A model generated the notes under the pieces. The model was not told the origin of the DNA. It saw nothing but the letters and a program-made list of their open reading frames with translations, and searched no databases. Positions 1 through 8,625 of a stretch of DNA of 64,000 nt are shown in pieces (the first letter of the stretch is position 1; every line of letters starts with the position of its first letter). The stretch is taken from assembly GCA_049890075.1 (NCBI GenBank), contig JBMHCE010000024.1, positions 10,705 through 74,704 on the forward strand, read 5' to 3'. This DNA is from Chitinophagales bacterium (lineage in GTDB: Bacteria; Bacteroidota; Bacteroidia; Chitinophagales; UBA8649). A program made the translations under genes and the position numbers.

Positions 1-1
1 C

Positions 2-277
2 AATTGGAATGTAGGGATTTTGGTACTGGAGGGTACTTTAATGGTCAATGGCAATCATGAGGTAGCAAAGGACCACTTTGCGGTAATGGCGCATAACGCA
101 TCATCATTTGACCTTAGAGCCCTTGAGGGAGGAGCTAAGATTTTGCTTTTGGCGGGCGAACCGCTAGAGGAGCCCATTGTTTCTTATGGTCCCTTTGTCA
201 TGAATACTGAAGAGGAGATACGCCAAGCGATAACTGACTTTCAGCAAGGCGTCTTCGGGGATTGGCCTCAGGATTGA
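2..277 (+). CDS. Pirin family protein, C-terminal part (5' end cut by window edge)
   Basis: The frame is open from the window edge into the listed ORF (20..277). The tail ...[39 protein letters not shown] matches the conserved C-terminus of pirin/YhhW cupins. Confidence 0.7.
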   Translation, partial: NWNVGILVLEGTLMVNGNHEVAKDHFAVMAHNASSFDLRALEGGAKILLLAGEPLEEPIVSYGPFVMNTEEEIRQAITDFQQGVFGDWPQD

Positions 278-289
278 GATATAAGCATG

Positions 290-829
290 TTAGGCGCGTA
301 CACCGCCTTCGACGTGATCCATTACAGCATCTATTCCATAGTCTTCTATCAGGTGATGCAGCAATTCGGCTGTAGCCTTACAGTCTCCCATTGCGCGATG
401 TCGGGAGGTGTTGTCAATGTTGAGTGATTTGCAAAGATGGTCTAGGTTAAACTTTTCCGAAGAGGGCATCAGTGATTGAGCAAGCTTTACCGTGCACAAG
501 GTCGGCCTCTTATAGGACATTTTATGGCGTTTAAACGCCGATTGTACCATGCGATAGTCAAAACCAACGTTGTGTGCCACGAAAATGCAGTTATGGGTGA
601 GGCTGTCGATTTCTTGGGCAAGGTCAGAAAAAGTCGGTGCTTTTTTAACCATGGAGTCATTTATTCCCGTTAACCGTTGTACGAATTCTTGGATATCTCG
701 CCCTGGATTAACTAGGCTTTCAAATTGGTCTATGACTTTTTGTCCATCGTGAAGAACAATGGCAATTTCCATGATTCTATCGTCAGCTGGCTTCCCTCCT
801 GTGGACTCTAAATCAACTATTGCAAACAC
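290..829 (-). CDS. DEDDh 3'-5' exonuclease (DnaQ / Pol III epsilon-like), stand-alone domain
   Basis: Exo motifs are present: I (FAIVDLESTG), II (FVAHNVGFDYRM) and III (SRHRAMGDCKATAEL). The 179-aa size fits a single exonuclease domain. Confidence 0.8.
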   Translation of the reverse strand: MFAIVDLESTGGKPADDRIMEIAIVLHDGQKVIDQFESLVNPGRDIQEFVQRLTGINDSMVKKAPTFSDLAQEIDSLTHNCIFVAHNVGFDYRMVQSAFKRHKMSYKRPTLCTVKLAQSLMPSSEKFNLDHLCKSLNIDNTSRHRAMGDCKATAELLHHLIEDYGIDAVMDHVEGGVRA

Positions 830-866
830 ATTATGAAGTTACAGGTTGATTATGTTTCTTCGTGTA

Positions 867-1439
867 ATGAAACGTCATCTTATCCTCATTGTTATGTTGG
901 TTTGTACCCTAAGTGCTATGGGTCAAGCCGGTCAGGCTGCACGACTTATCAGCCCGCAAACGACCCTTACTTTTCAAGCGCGCGGAGCTGTAATCTTTGG
1001 CCAGCAGGAGCGATTATCCAACTATCAACTCCATCTTGGATTAGGCAAGAAATGGTTCCGATTTGGACCGACCTATTCTATGATGGCGCTTAGGCCTTCC
1101 TTGGTGATTCAAGGGAATCTGGTCCCGGTTAGCGAGTGGACTAACCATGCCGTAGGTCTTGAAGCTGGGGTAAATGTTCTCAACTTTAAGTCTCTTAAAG
1201 TAACACCAACCCTAATGCTTGGATGTATGCTCTCTTCCTATCGAAACGCTTCTTCATTAAAAGAGCGTCAAAATGCTTTTTATCTCTACCCCAAGCTTGA
1301 AGCGATTTATTATCCTATTCCTTTTGTAGGCATTGGTATGTATTCAGGATTCACTTGGAATTCTTCAGGATCAATGACCCTTAACGATCAGCTAAAGGGT
1401 GCGGATTTAGGCGTTGTCCTATCATTTAAGACCCGCTAA
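867..1439 (+). CDS. Hypothetical secreted or outer-membrane beta-barrel-like protein
   Basis: A signal peptide (MKRHLILIVMLVCTLSAMGQA) is followed by alternating hydrophobic beta-strand-like segments. The start is ambiguous (TTG 846, ATG 852 or ATG 867). I recognise no family. Confidence 0.4.
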   Translation: MKRHLILIVMLVCTLSAMGQAGQAARLISPQTTLTFQARGAVIFGQQERLSNYQLHLGLGKKWFRFGPTYSMMALRPSLVIQGNLVPVSEWTNHAVGLEAGVNVLNFKSLKVTPTLMLGCMLSSYRNASSLKERQNAFYLYPKLEAIYYPIPFVGIGMYSGFTWNSSGSMTLNDQLKGADLGVVLSFKTR

Positions 1440-2358
1440 CGGGCAGGCTTAATCGAAGCGGAAAGGGAGCAAGGGTTACGGTAAACGGCCCATCTCCAAA
1501 ATATTCACCATCAATTTCACCCCGCAAAGCGGTCTGCTCCAAGGTGCTTTTGTTTTCAATGATAAACGATGTACCCCTGTGTGTATGCACTTTGGAGTGA
1601 TGAATAATGCTGCCTGTCTTTAGACGACGGGTATTGGCAATCACATTTAACTTTCCAAGATGTTCTATGTAGGTCAGGTCTAAGATGCCATCGTTGTTTA
1701 CAGCAGCTGGGCACAGTTGCATACCCCCTCCGGCATAGCGCCCAATGGAAGCAATCATCATATACAACCTACCTTGATATAGCATTTGATCGTTCATTGA
1801 AATTTTCCCCATCGGACTGTTGTAATTCCAAAGCGCGGAAAGAAGCCCCATTTCATACGCTACGGCACCCCACTTTTTGTATTTGACAGATTCTAGAATC
1901 ACTTGACTATCAAACCCAGCCCCGAAAAAATTGATAAAGTATCGGCTTTTGCCGCTTTCGCTTTGGACTAGGCCTAGATCTTGTTCGAAGAGGTTTTTTC
2001 CCTTCAATGCGGATAGGTAGTCAGCAATGGATGCCTTGGTAATATATTGTCGCATCCAATCGTTTCCTGTGCCCATGGGTAAAGCGCCAAAGACAAATTC
2101 ATCGGAATACCCTTGAGCTAATACCCCATTGACTACTTCTTGAATCGTACCATCTCCACCTATAGCAAAAAACTTGGTGAATCCTGTCGCTCGGCATTGT
2201 CGCGCGATCTCGATGGCATGCTCTGGTGATTCGGTCCAATGAAGAGTATAGTCGACCTCCATAGCCTCAAGTTCGGCACTGATTTGCCTCCACATTTTTT
2301 TAGTTTTTCCGGCACCGCTTTGTGGATTTATGATAATAGCCCAGGTATTCGAGGACAT
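1426..2358 (-). CDS. Diacylglycerol/lipid kinase family protein (YegS-like)
   Basis: The DAGK catalytic-domain pattern is present: IINPQSGAGK ... FFAIGGDGTIQEVVNG ... LPMGTGNDW. Confidence 0.8.
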   Translation of the reverse strand: MSSNTWAIIINPQSGAGKTKKMWRQISAELEAMEVDYTLHWTESPEHAIEIARQCRATGFTKFFAIGGDGTIQEVVNGVLAQGYSDEFVFGALPMGTGNDWMRQYITKASIADYLSALKGKNLFEQDLGLVQSESGKSRYFINFFGAGFDSQVILESVKYKKWGAVAYEMGLLSALWNYNSPMGKISMNDQMLYQGRLYMMIASIGRYAGGGMQLCPAAVNNDGILDLTYIEHLGKLNVIANTRRLKTGSIIHHSKVHTHRGTSFIIENKSTLEQTALRGEIDGEYFGDGPFTVTLAPFPLRLSLPVSGS

Positions 2359-2376
2359 GGTAAAGGAAGTTAGACT

Positions 2377-3657
2377 TTAGTCAAAGGTCGTTTTCTTTTT
2401 GAAATCTTGGATCTTTTTGTAGTTCAATCCAAGAACACTTGCTGCAATAAGCAACATCACCATAAGAAAGCCCATGGATCGGTCAGGGTTGTCCGAGAAA
2501 AAGGCGATTTGACTAATAATAACGATGAAAAGTATACGGGTTGCGGTATTGAGCACACCAAAAAAGCTATTGGTCCGGCCAATAATTTTATTGGGCACAA
2601 GTTGGAAAAGTGTGGTTGTTCTAAGAATCCGTGTGCTGGCATTCATCATCCCTAAGAAGAGATACATGACCAACAGAACTATAGCGCTCTCGGAGAAAAA
2701 CAATACGGCATAGATGCTTGCGCCAAGTAAAAGGAATAGGATAATCCCAAAGAGACGGTTATTGCGGAAAATACGGTCTACCAAAACCCCTGCAAAAATG
2801 GCCCCAAGGGCAAAAAGGCCTTCACTTAATCCAAAGATAGAGGCATCGCCTTCTACAACATGTCGTATATAAGAGGGAAGAATAAGGAATGAACACACCA
2901 TAATGCTTGCAAAAAGAATGTGAGAGAAATATCCAAAGACAAAGATCAGGGGTCGTTCTTTGAGAAAAGTCAATCCGTCTTGAAGTCTTTTTACTACAGG
3001 AATTGCTCGCTTGTCTCGCTCCGTAAGACTCACATAACTCATTTTCCATAGAAGGAAAACACCTACTAAATATGTACACCCATCGATAAAGATGAGCCTT
3101 TCTAAGGCTATGGGTTGGGCTAGTATGTGCGCATATTGTTGCAGACTAAGTGCTTCTAAAACATGCATGGGTACACCCTCTAAGAGCACGGCAGCTAATC
3201 CACCACTGAGTACAAAGGCTAGCTGATTTTGAATTTCTACGGCGCTCGTAATCTTTCCGTAACTCGCTGGCGGAACAATTTCCTGGAGAAAAGCATACAA
3301 ATTCGGAAAATGAACATTGTAAAAGACGACGGTCATGATAAAAATGCCACAGACTAAAAAGACAGGCACACTGTTAAATACCAGGGCGGTTCCAGCGCAT
3401 ACCATCATGTAGATACCTCCGAGCACATTGATGGTAATCATGACTTTCCGTCGGTCATACCGGTCGATTAAGCTGCCCGCATAGGGACCCCATACAATAG
3501 ATAGTAGGCTCGATCCCAGAAAAAGGGTGTTGTACAGGTCGGGTTGATCAATCGTATTATTGATATACCAGGTGATAGCAATCATCATCATTCCTTGGCT
3601 AATACCCGATATGGCATTGGCTAAGAAAACAAGGAGAATTGCTGCTTTATTTTTCAT
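2377..3657 (-). CDS. MFS transporter
   Basis: The 426-aa protein has about 12 hydrophobic spans. An MFS loop motif (GSLIDRYDRRKVM) lies between TM2 and TM3. Confidence 0.75.
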   Translation of the reverse strand: MKNKAAILLVFLANAISGISQGMMMIAITWYINNTIDQPDLYNTLFLGSSLLSIVWGPYAGSLIDRYDRRKVMITINVLGGIYMMVCAGTALVFNSVPVFLVCGIFIMTVVFYNVHFPNLYAFLQEIVPPASYGKITSAVEIQNQLAFVLSGGLAAVLLEGVPMHVLEALSLQQYAHILAQPIALERLIFIDGCTYLVGVFLLWKMSYVSLTERDKRAIPVVKRLQDGLTFLKERPLIFVFGYFSHILFASIMVCSFLILPSYIRHVVEGDASIFGLSEGLFALGAIFAGVLVDRIFRNNRLFGIILFLLLGASIYAVLFFSESAIVLLVMYLFLGMMNASTRILRTTTLFQLVPNKIIGRTNSFFGVLNTATRILFIVIISQIAFFSDNPDRSMGFLMVMLLIAASVLGLNYKKIQDFKKKTTFD

Positions 3658-3692
3658 TTCTGTCGAGCCTTATTGCGTAGTTTCGAACGTAG

Positions 3693-4121
3693 ATGACGAA
3701 ACTTGATCCAATAATTCAGCGCAAGATAATGCGGTATTGTGCGTATCAAGAACGTTGCACCCAAGAAGTTGAACATAAACTACATTCCCTTGGTTGTCCT
3801 CCCCGTCAGATTTCAGCTTATTTGCACTATCTACGCGAAGAAGACTTTCTTAAAGAATCTCGGTACGCTGAGCTTTTTGTCCGAGGGAAAGTCAATAACA
3901 ACAAATGGGGCCCACGGAAAATAGAAGTGGCGTTGAAGGCAAAGAAGGTAGACCCAACACTGATTCGACACGAATTGGAAAAGTTCGATGTGGAATGGCC
4001 GGAGTTAAAAGCCTATTGGAGTGCGCGCATGACCAAGGCTTGGGCCCATAAATCATATGATGATTTTACCTTAAAGGGAAAACTACGCGCCTTTCTTCGC
4101 CAAAAAGGTTTTTTTGTTTAG
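3693..4121 (+). CDS. recX: Regulatory protein RecX
   Basis: It has the RecX-type three-helix repeats and the typical N-terminus (IMRYCAYQERCTQEVEHKL ... YLREEDFLKESRYAELFVRGK). The 142-aa size fits. Confidence 0.75.
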   Translation: MTKLDPIIQRKIMRYCAYQERCTQEVEHKLHSLGCPPRQISAYLHYLREEDFLKESRYAELFVRGKVNNNKWGPRKIEVALKAKKVDPTLIRHELEKFDVEWPELKAYWSARMTKAWAHKSYDDFTLKGKLRAFLRQKGFFV

Positions 4122-4125
4122 CTCC

Positions 4126-4500
4126 CTACAGTTTATTGTTGTTTTTATGTCGCGTGGCGTCACGCTTTGTTTTTTTGCGAAGGTTTTTTTGTAAGGCTTC
4201 GGCTAAATCAATATCGTGTTGATTGGCTAGGCAGGTAAGCACAAATAATATATCAGCCAATTCGTCAGCCATCTTTACTTTCCACTGTTGCTCTTCTTCA
4301 GGCTTTTTAAAGCTCTGTTCTCCATGAACGCGGGCCACGATCCTTGCAAACTCGCCAACTTCTTCCATAAGCACTGCCGTGTTGGTCAGGGGGTCAAAGT
4401 ATCGCACGCCAACAGTTTTTATCCATTCATCTACGGCCTGTTGCCATTCTTGCACGGTGGGGTTTACCGAATGCTTTATGTTGTCGGATGGAGAAGCCAT
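4126..4500 (-). CDS. MazG-like nucleotide pyrophosphohydrolase
   Basis: It carries the MazG EExxE/ExxD helix pairs (LMEEVGEFARIV ... MADELADILFVLTCLAN). The 124-aa size fits. Confidence 0.7.
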   Translation of the reverse strand: MASPSDNIKHSVNPTVQEWQQAVDEWIKTVGVRYFDPLTNTAVLMEEVGEFARIVARVHGEQSFKKPEEEQQWKVKMADELADILFVLTCLANQHDIDLAEALQKNLRKKTKRDATRHKNNNKL

Positions 4501-4509
4501 GGGCTAGTA

Positions 4510-5445
4510 TTATTTTTTATTGCTTTGGTTAAACAAGAAGGTTTTTTCCTCCTTGGTAAGCGTGTCATAGCCTTTGACCGATATTTTATCTAAGATCATA
4601 TCAAGCTGTTCTTGCTCACTCTGTTGGCTCGACCGCGTGGAAGAACCTTTGTTTTTCGCCTTGCGTTGAAAGTTGGCCTGTCGCTGAACTCGAGCACTAT
4701 ATTGACGTCGACTTTGTCGGCCTAGCTGCCAAGAGGTTATGCGTTCTCTAGGCCAAGACATCCATCCTATGAGATTATACCCTCTTCGATACAGCCCGAT
4801 AAAGCTAAAGCCTGTAATCATTCCCCCAAAGTGGGCAAGAATCCCTCCAGGGTTGCTTTGAAAAGAGAGTAGATCTCGACCAAACATAAACAACACAATA
4901 CCCCATAAAGGGACAGAGCCTATAATCCAGAGGCGAATGCGATAGGCTGGGTTAGTGGCCATGGCGGCGGCTATAATCGACCATACCGCTCCTGATGCAC
5001 CGAGAAGATAGGCCTGATGCTTGGTCTGTTCAAATACAGGGAAAAGGTTGTAAGACAAGATATAAAATGCGCTTCCCACAAGGGCTCCAAGAAGATATAG
5101 GTTGAGCAATCTTTTTTCACTGTGATATACTTGAAAAATTCTACCAAACCAGTAGAGATAGAGAAGATTAAAGAGAATATGCCAAAAGTCAGCATGAAAA
5201 AACGCATAGGTTAAGACCGTCCAAGGGTGGTAGAGAAGGCTACTCAAATTAGAAGGCGCGTAAAAGTAGCTTTGATAAAAGGTTTCAAATACTGCACGAT
5301 CTGCCATAAACAAAAACCCAATCATTCCGATGACGGCTTGTAGAATAAACACTCCAAGGTTGATGGAAATCAGCCATACAATCACATTACCTTGCCTTAG
5401 GGTAATTGATAAATCATTCCATGTTGAACGTCCGTATAAAGCCAT
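4510..5445 (-). CDS. Rhomboid family intramembrane serine protease with basic/Q-rich C-terminal tail
   Basis: Rhomboid motifs are present (HILFNLLYLYWFG, catalytic GASGAVWSI, AHFGGMITG). About 90 extra C-terminal residues are rich in R/Q/K/S. Confidence 0.85.
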   Translation of the reverse strand: MALYGRSTWNDLSITLRQGNVIVWLISINLGVFILQAVIGMIGFLFMADRAVFETFYQSYFYAPSNLSSLLYHPWTVLTYAFFHADFWHILFNLLYLYWFGRIFQVYHSEKRLLNLYLLGALVGSAFYILSYNLFPVFEQTKHQAYLLGASGAVWSIIAAAMATNPAYRIRLWIIGSVPLWGIVLFMFGRDLLSFQSNPGGILAHFGGMITGFSFIGLYRRGYNLIGWMSWPRERITSWQLGRQSRRQYSARVQRQANFQRKAKNKGSSTRSSQQSEQEQLDMILDKISVKGYDTLTKEEKTFLFNQSNKK

Positions 5446-5450
5446 AGCGA

Positions 5451-6098
5451 CTAGTAAAAAGAATCACGGTTTACACTCCACATTTTCACAATCAAGAAGC
5501 CTGTAGCAGCCCCTCCCAAGTGTGCCCAGTGGGCAACTCCATCATCAATGCCCTGAATTACAAAGTAGGCGTCAAAGGCGATCACAATAAGCACTAGATA
5601 TTTTGCGGCAATAGGAATAGGCGGAAACAACAAACGCAAGCGAGTATTGGGAAAAAGCAACCCAAAGGCAACAACTACACCCATAACTGCACCAGAAGCT
5701 CCAACAACAGGGATGTACATTTCTCGCCAGTTTACAGCCGGAGAAATACTATCAAAGAGCATATATGCCTCGACACCTGTAGCAATCTGGTGAATCAATG
5801 CAGCCCCAAATCCTGCTGACATATAAAAAAAGAGAAAACGACGCCATCCCCAAACACGCTCTAGAATGCTTCCAAAAAGAAACAAGGCATACATGTTAAA
5901 CGCAATATGCATGAAACCTCCGTGCATAAACATATGGGTAAGCGGCTGCCAGGGCTCAAATAGAGGGGACAGGGCATAATACATCCCCCCAAAGCGATTG
6001 AGCGGAACACCTTGATTCTCCATGACAAAGGTAAAAATCCAAACCAAGGCGTTGATGCCTATAATATGACTTACAATTTGATTATCGCGTTGTAGCAT
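5451..6098 (-). CDS. Rhomboid family intramembrane serine protease
   Basis: Rhomboid motifs are present: HIAFNMYALFLFG, the catalytic Ser in GASGAVMGV, and the His in AHLGGAATG. Confidence 0.85.
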   Translation of the reverse strand: MLQRDNQIVSHIIGINALVWIFTFVMENQGVPLNRFGGMYYALSPLFEPWQPLTHMFMHGGFMHIAFNMYALFLFGSILERVWGWRRFLFFYMSAGFGAALIHQIATGVEAYMLFDSISPAVNWREMYIPVVGASGAVMGVVVAFGLLFPNTRLRLLFPPIPIAAKYLVLIVIAFDAYFVIQGIDDGVAHWAHLGGAATGFLIVKMWSVNRDSFY

Positions 6099-7944
6099 CT
6101 GGAGGGGGTATAGGATTAGAGTTAAGCAATATTTGTTGGATATCGGATTCTTGAAGAAATCGGAGAATCAATTGTCCTCGTATTCCACGCTCCGGATACT
6201 TAAGGGCAAACAATGTATCAATGATTTCGTTCATTTCTTCTGTAAAAATCCCACGCTTGAGTTGCACAGTAGCTTGGGCCGTTGCCATAAGGTGAAGCGG
6301 TTGATTGTCTAAAAGCATGGTTTGGTGCTCTGTTAAATGCGCACTTACTTCATCAAAATAGGTTCGAAGATCATCTTGATGAAGTTCTTTTGGAATCGCG
6401 GTGAGCTCTATTTGGGATTCGTTGACAAACTGAATACCCCAACCCATAGCTTTCCAAACATCTTGTTGCGAACGCATTTGAGCAACCAGCGTTGTTGGAA
6501 GTTCTACAGGCAGGGTAAATAACAACCCTTGTGCAGCGGGCGCTTTTCCACTTTGCGCGGTAGCTTCAAGCTGTTCATAGCGGATTTTTGTGAGGGCACC
6601 ATGTACATCAAGCACCATAAGTCCATTGCGCATACTTTTAGCATAGTATTTCTTGGCAAACAGCTCAATTTTTTGATGACTATGTTGCTTTATGGTTTGC
6701 CCTTCTTCAAGGTTAAGGTTTGTTTGTTGATGATGAGGTTGTTCCGAGCCACTAGGGTTGACAAAGGCATTGGTCCATTCAGAGGCTCCTTTTGGCAGTC
6801 TGCCTTCTCCATGCCTTGCAATTCCTCCGCTAAAGGGGAAGTGTGATGTAAAGGCGCGGGCTTTGTCGTGACCGAAGTCTTCTTTATCCCCGCCAAATGC
6901 ACCGTAGGTGTTTAATCCCTGCTCTTGGTCAAAATTCATAGCGGGTTGTACCTGAAACTTAGACAAGCTGTGCTTGAGGGCAGCTAGCAAAATTGAATAG
7001 ATGATTTTTTCTTCTTCAAATTTTACCTCCTCTTTTGCGGGGTGCACATTGATATCAATTTTGTTGGGATCTACCCTTAGCGAGATAAAGTAACTTGCTT
7101 TTCGCTCGGGAGCAATTAAGCCTTCGAAGGCTTTTTTTACAGCATGTTGAAGATAGGGTGATCGAATTGCTCGGCCGTTGACAAAAAGAAACTGCTCTTG
7201 GTTCGTTTTTTTGGCCAGGCTAGGCTTACCAATAAACCCTTTAATCGTTACAACTTCTGTGCTTTCTTCTACAGGAATAAGTCCTTCATTGATTCGCTCT
7301 CCAAAGAGGTCGCATATTCTTTTTCGAAGGGAAGAGGGTTTGACAACATACAATGGTCGTCCATCCACAACATAGTCAAAGGATATATCAGGGTGAATAA
7401 GGGCCATTTTAAGGAAGGCGGTATTAAGGTGTTTCATTTCCACGCCATGGCTCTTCAGAAAATTTCTTCGTGCAGGAATTGTGGCAAAGAGATCGTTAAC
7501 GATAAAGGCACTTCCTTCAGGGCAGGTGCATTCTTCCTTACTTGAAACTTGTCCGCTCTCAATTTGCAGTTTGTGGCCGGTCGCTTCGCCTTGTTTACGA
7601 CTTTCAACGGTTACATGGGCAACAGAAGCTATGGATGCCAAAGCCTCCCCTCGAAACCCCATGGTGTTAATGGTAAATAATTCATCGGCGCTGTGAAGCT
7701 TAGAGGTTGCATGCCGCACAAAACACATAGACAAATCGTCTGCGGACATCCCCTTGCCATTGTCTCTTACCTCAATGCGCTGGCTGCCGGCACCCTCAAT
7801 GAAAATCTTAATCTCAGTAGCATCAGCGTCGATGGCATTTTCCACTAACTCTTTTAATACGGAGGAGGGGCGCTGAACGACCTCACCTGCTGCTATTTGA
7901 TTGACAAGATTTTCTGGTAAGGGTTTAATCTGAGACGTCGTCAT
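6082..7944 (-). CDS. mutL: DNA mismatch repair protein MutL
   Basis: The GHKL ATPase N-terminus is present (IAAGEVVQRPSSVLKELVENAIDA, VRDNGKGM, GFRGEALASI). At 620 aa it also has a C-terminal dimerisation region. Confidence 0.95.
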   Translation of the reverse strand: MTTSQIKPLPENLVNQIAAGEVVQRPSSVLKELVENAIDADATEIKIFIEGAGSQRIEVRDNGKGMSADDLSMCFVRHATSKLHSADELFTINTMGFRGEALASIASVAHVTVESRKQGEATGHKLQIESGQVSSKEECTCPEGSAFIVNDLFATIPARRNFLKSHGVEMKHLNTAFLKMALIHPDISFDYVVDGRPLYVVKPSSLRKRICDLFGERINEGLIPVEESTEVVTIKGFIGKPSLAKKTNQEQFLFVNGRAIRSPYLQHAVKKAFEGLIAPERKASYFISLRVDPNKIDINVHPAKEEVKFEEEKIIYSILLAALKHSLSKFQVQPAMNFDQEQGLNTYGAFGGDKEDFGHDKARAFTSHFPFSGGIARHGEGRLPKGASEWTNAFVNPSGSEQPHHQQTNLNLEEGQTIKQHSHQKIELFAKKYYAKSMRNGLMVLDVHGALTKIRYEQLEATAQSGKAPAAQGLLFTLPVELPTTLVAQMRSQQDVWKAMGWGIQFVNESQIELTAIPKELHQDDLRTYFDEVSAHLTEHQTMLLDNQPLHLMATAQATVQLKRGIFTEEMNEIIDTLFALKYPERGIRGQLILRFLQESDIQQILLNSNPIPPPDATTR

Positions 7945-8297
7945 GTGGCATTTGATTGGCGAAGAAACCGTATGGCAGCAATAAATATCATCCCAAGAAC
8001 CATAAATTGACCATTATGTCCCCATTGGGCTTGAATCCAACCACCTTGGGTAAAATATACAACAATCAAACCGATCACAACGGCTCCGGTAACCAACTTT
8101 TGGTAGCCTTTTCTTTTTGAAGAATCAAGGTTGGATCGGTGTCGACTGTTACTGGTTGGACTTGATGCCCTATGTGATCGCAAAAAGCCTTCCTCAAGAC
8201 CTCGTTCCCCACTTCTTTTCTTCCTCGAAGAGGGATATCTCGGCTGGTAATCAAAGGCATTGGGCCGCTTATTTCGAAAAAAACTTCTCACGCTCAA
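7941..8297 (-). CDS. Hypothetical small membrane protein (basic N-terminus, two TM segments)
   Basis: The ORF overlaps the mutL start by 4 nt (ATGA-type coupling). An R/K/S-rich N-terminal half is followed by two hydrophobic helices. I recognise no family. Confidence 0.4.
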   Translation of the reverse strand: MSVRSFFRNKRPNAFDYQPRYPSSRKKRSGERGLEEGFLRSHRASSPTSNSRHRSNLDSSKRKGYQKLVTGAVVIGLIVVYFTQGGWIQAQWGHNGQFMVLGMIFIAAIRFLRQSNAT

Positions 8298-8304
8298 TGA
8301 TAAG

Positions 8305-8616
8305 TTACAAGGTTATTACTCGGTGAATCGAACGGAAGGCTAAAAACTTCCCATCAAACCGTTTTTGGTGTTCCTTTTGGAGCCTTGGTGCGTGGTCTTC
8401 TTCATAGGTAGAAAAGGTAGAATATTGGTCGAAATGATAGTGAATGGTGTAGGTGAACCCTTCGCGCTCGTCCTCTTTTAGCACTTTAGTCATAGAGGCT
8501 TTTGAAAAACATCCAGTGTCCAAAACATCTTGAATGTGTCCACCTTTCATGTAAGCTAACCACTCATCATGGTGGCTAAGCTGAATTTGTACGGTTACTG
8601 CATAGATATAGCCCAT
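8305..8616 (-). CDS. DUF4286 family protein
   Basis: The sequence (IYAVTVQI..HDEWLAYMKGGHIQDVLDTGCF ... YEEDHAPRLQKEHQKRFDGKFLAFRS) matches my recollection of the conserved DUF4286 pattern of Bacteroidota. Confidence 0.65.
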   Translation of the reverse strand: MGYIYAVTVQIQLSHHDEWLAYMKGGHIQDVLDTGCFSKASMTKVLKEDEREGFTYTIHYHFDQYSTFSTYEEDHAPRLQKEHQKRFDGKFLAFRSIHRVITL

Positions 8617-8625
8617 AGTCTTATG

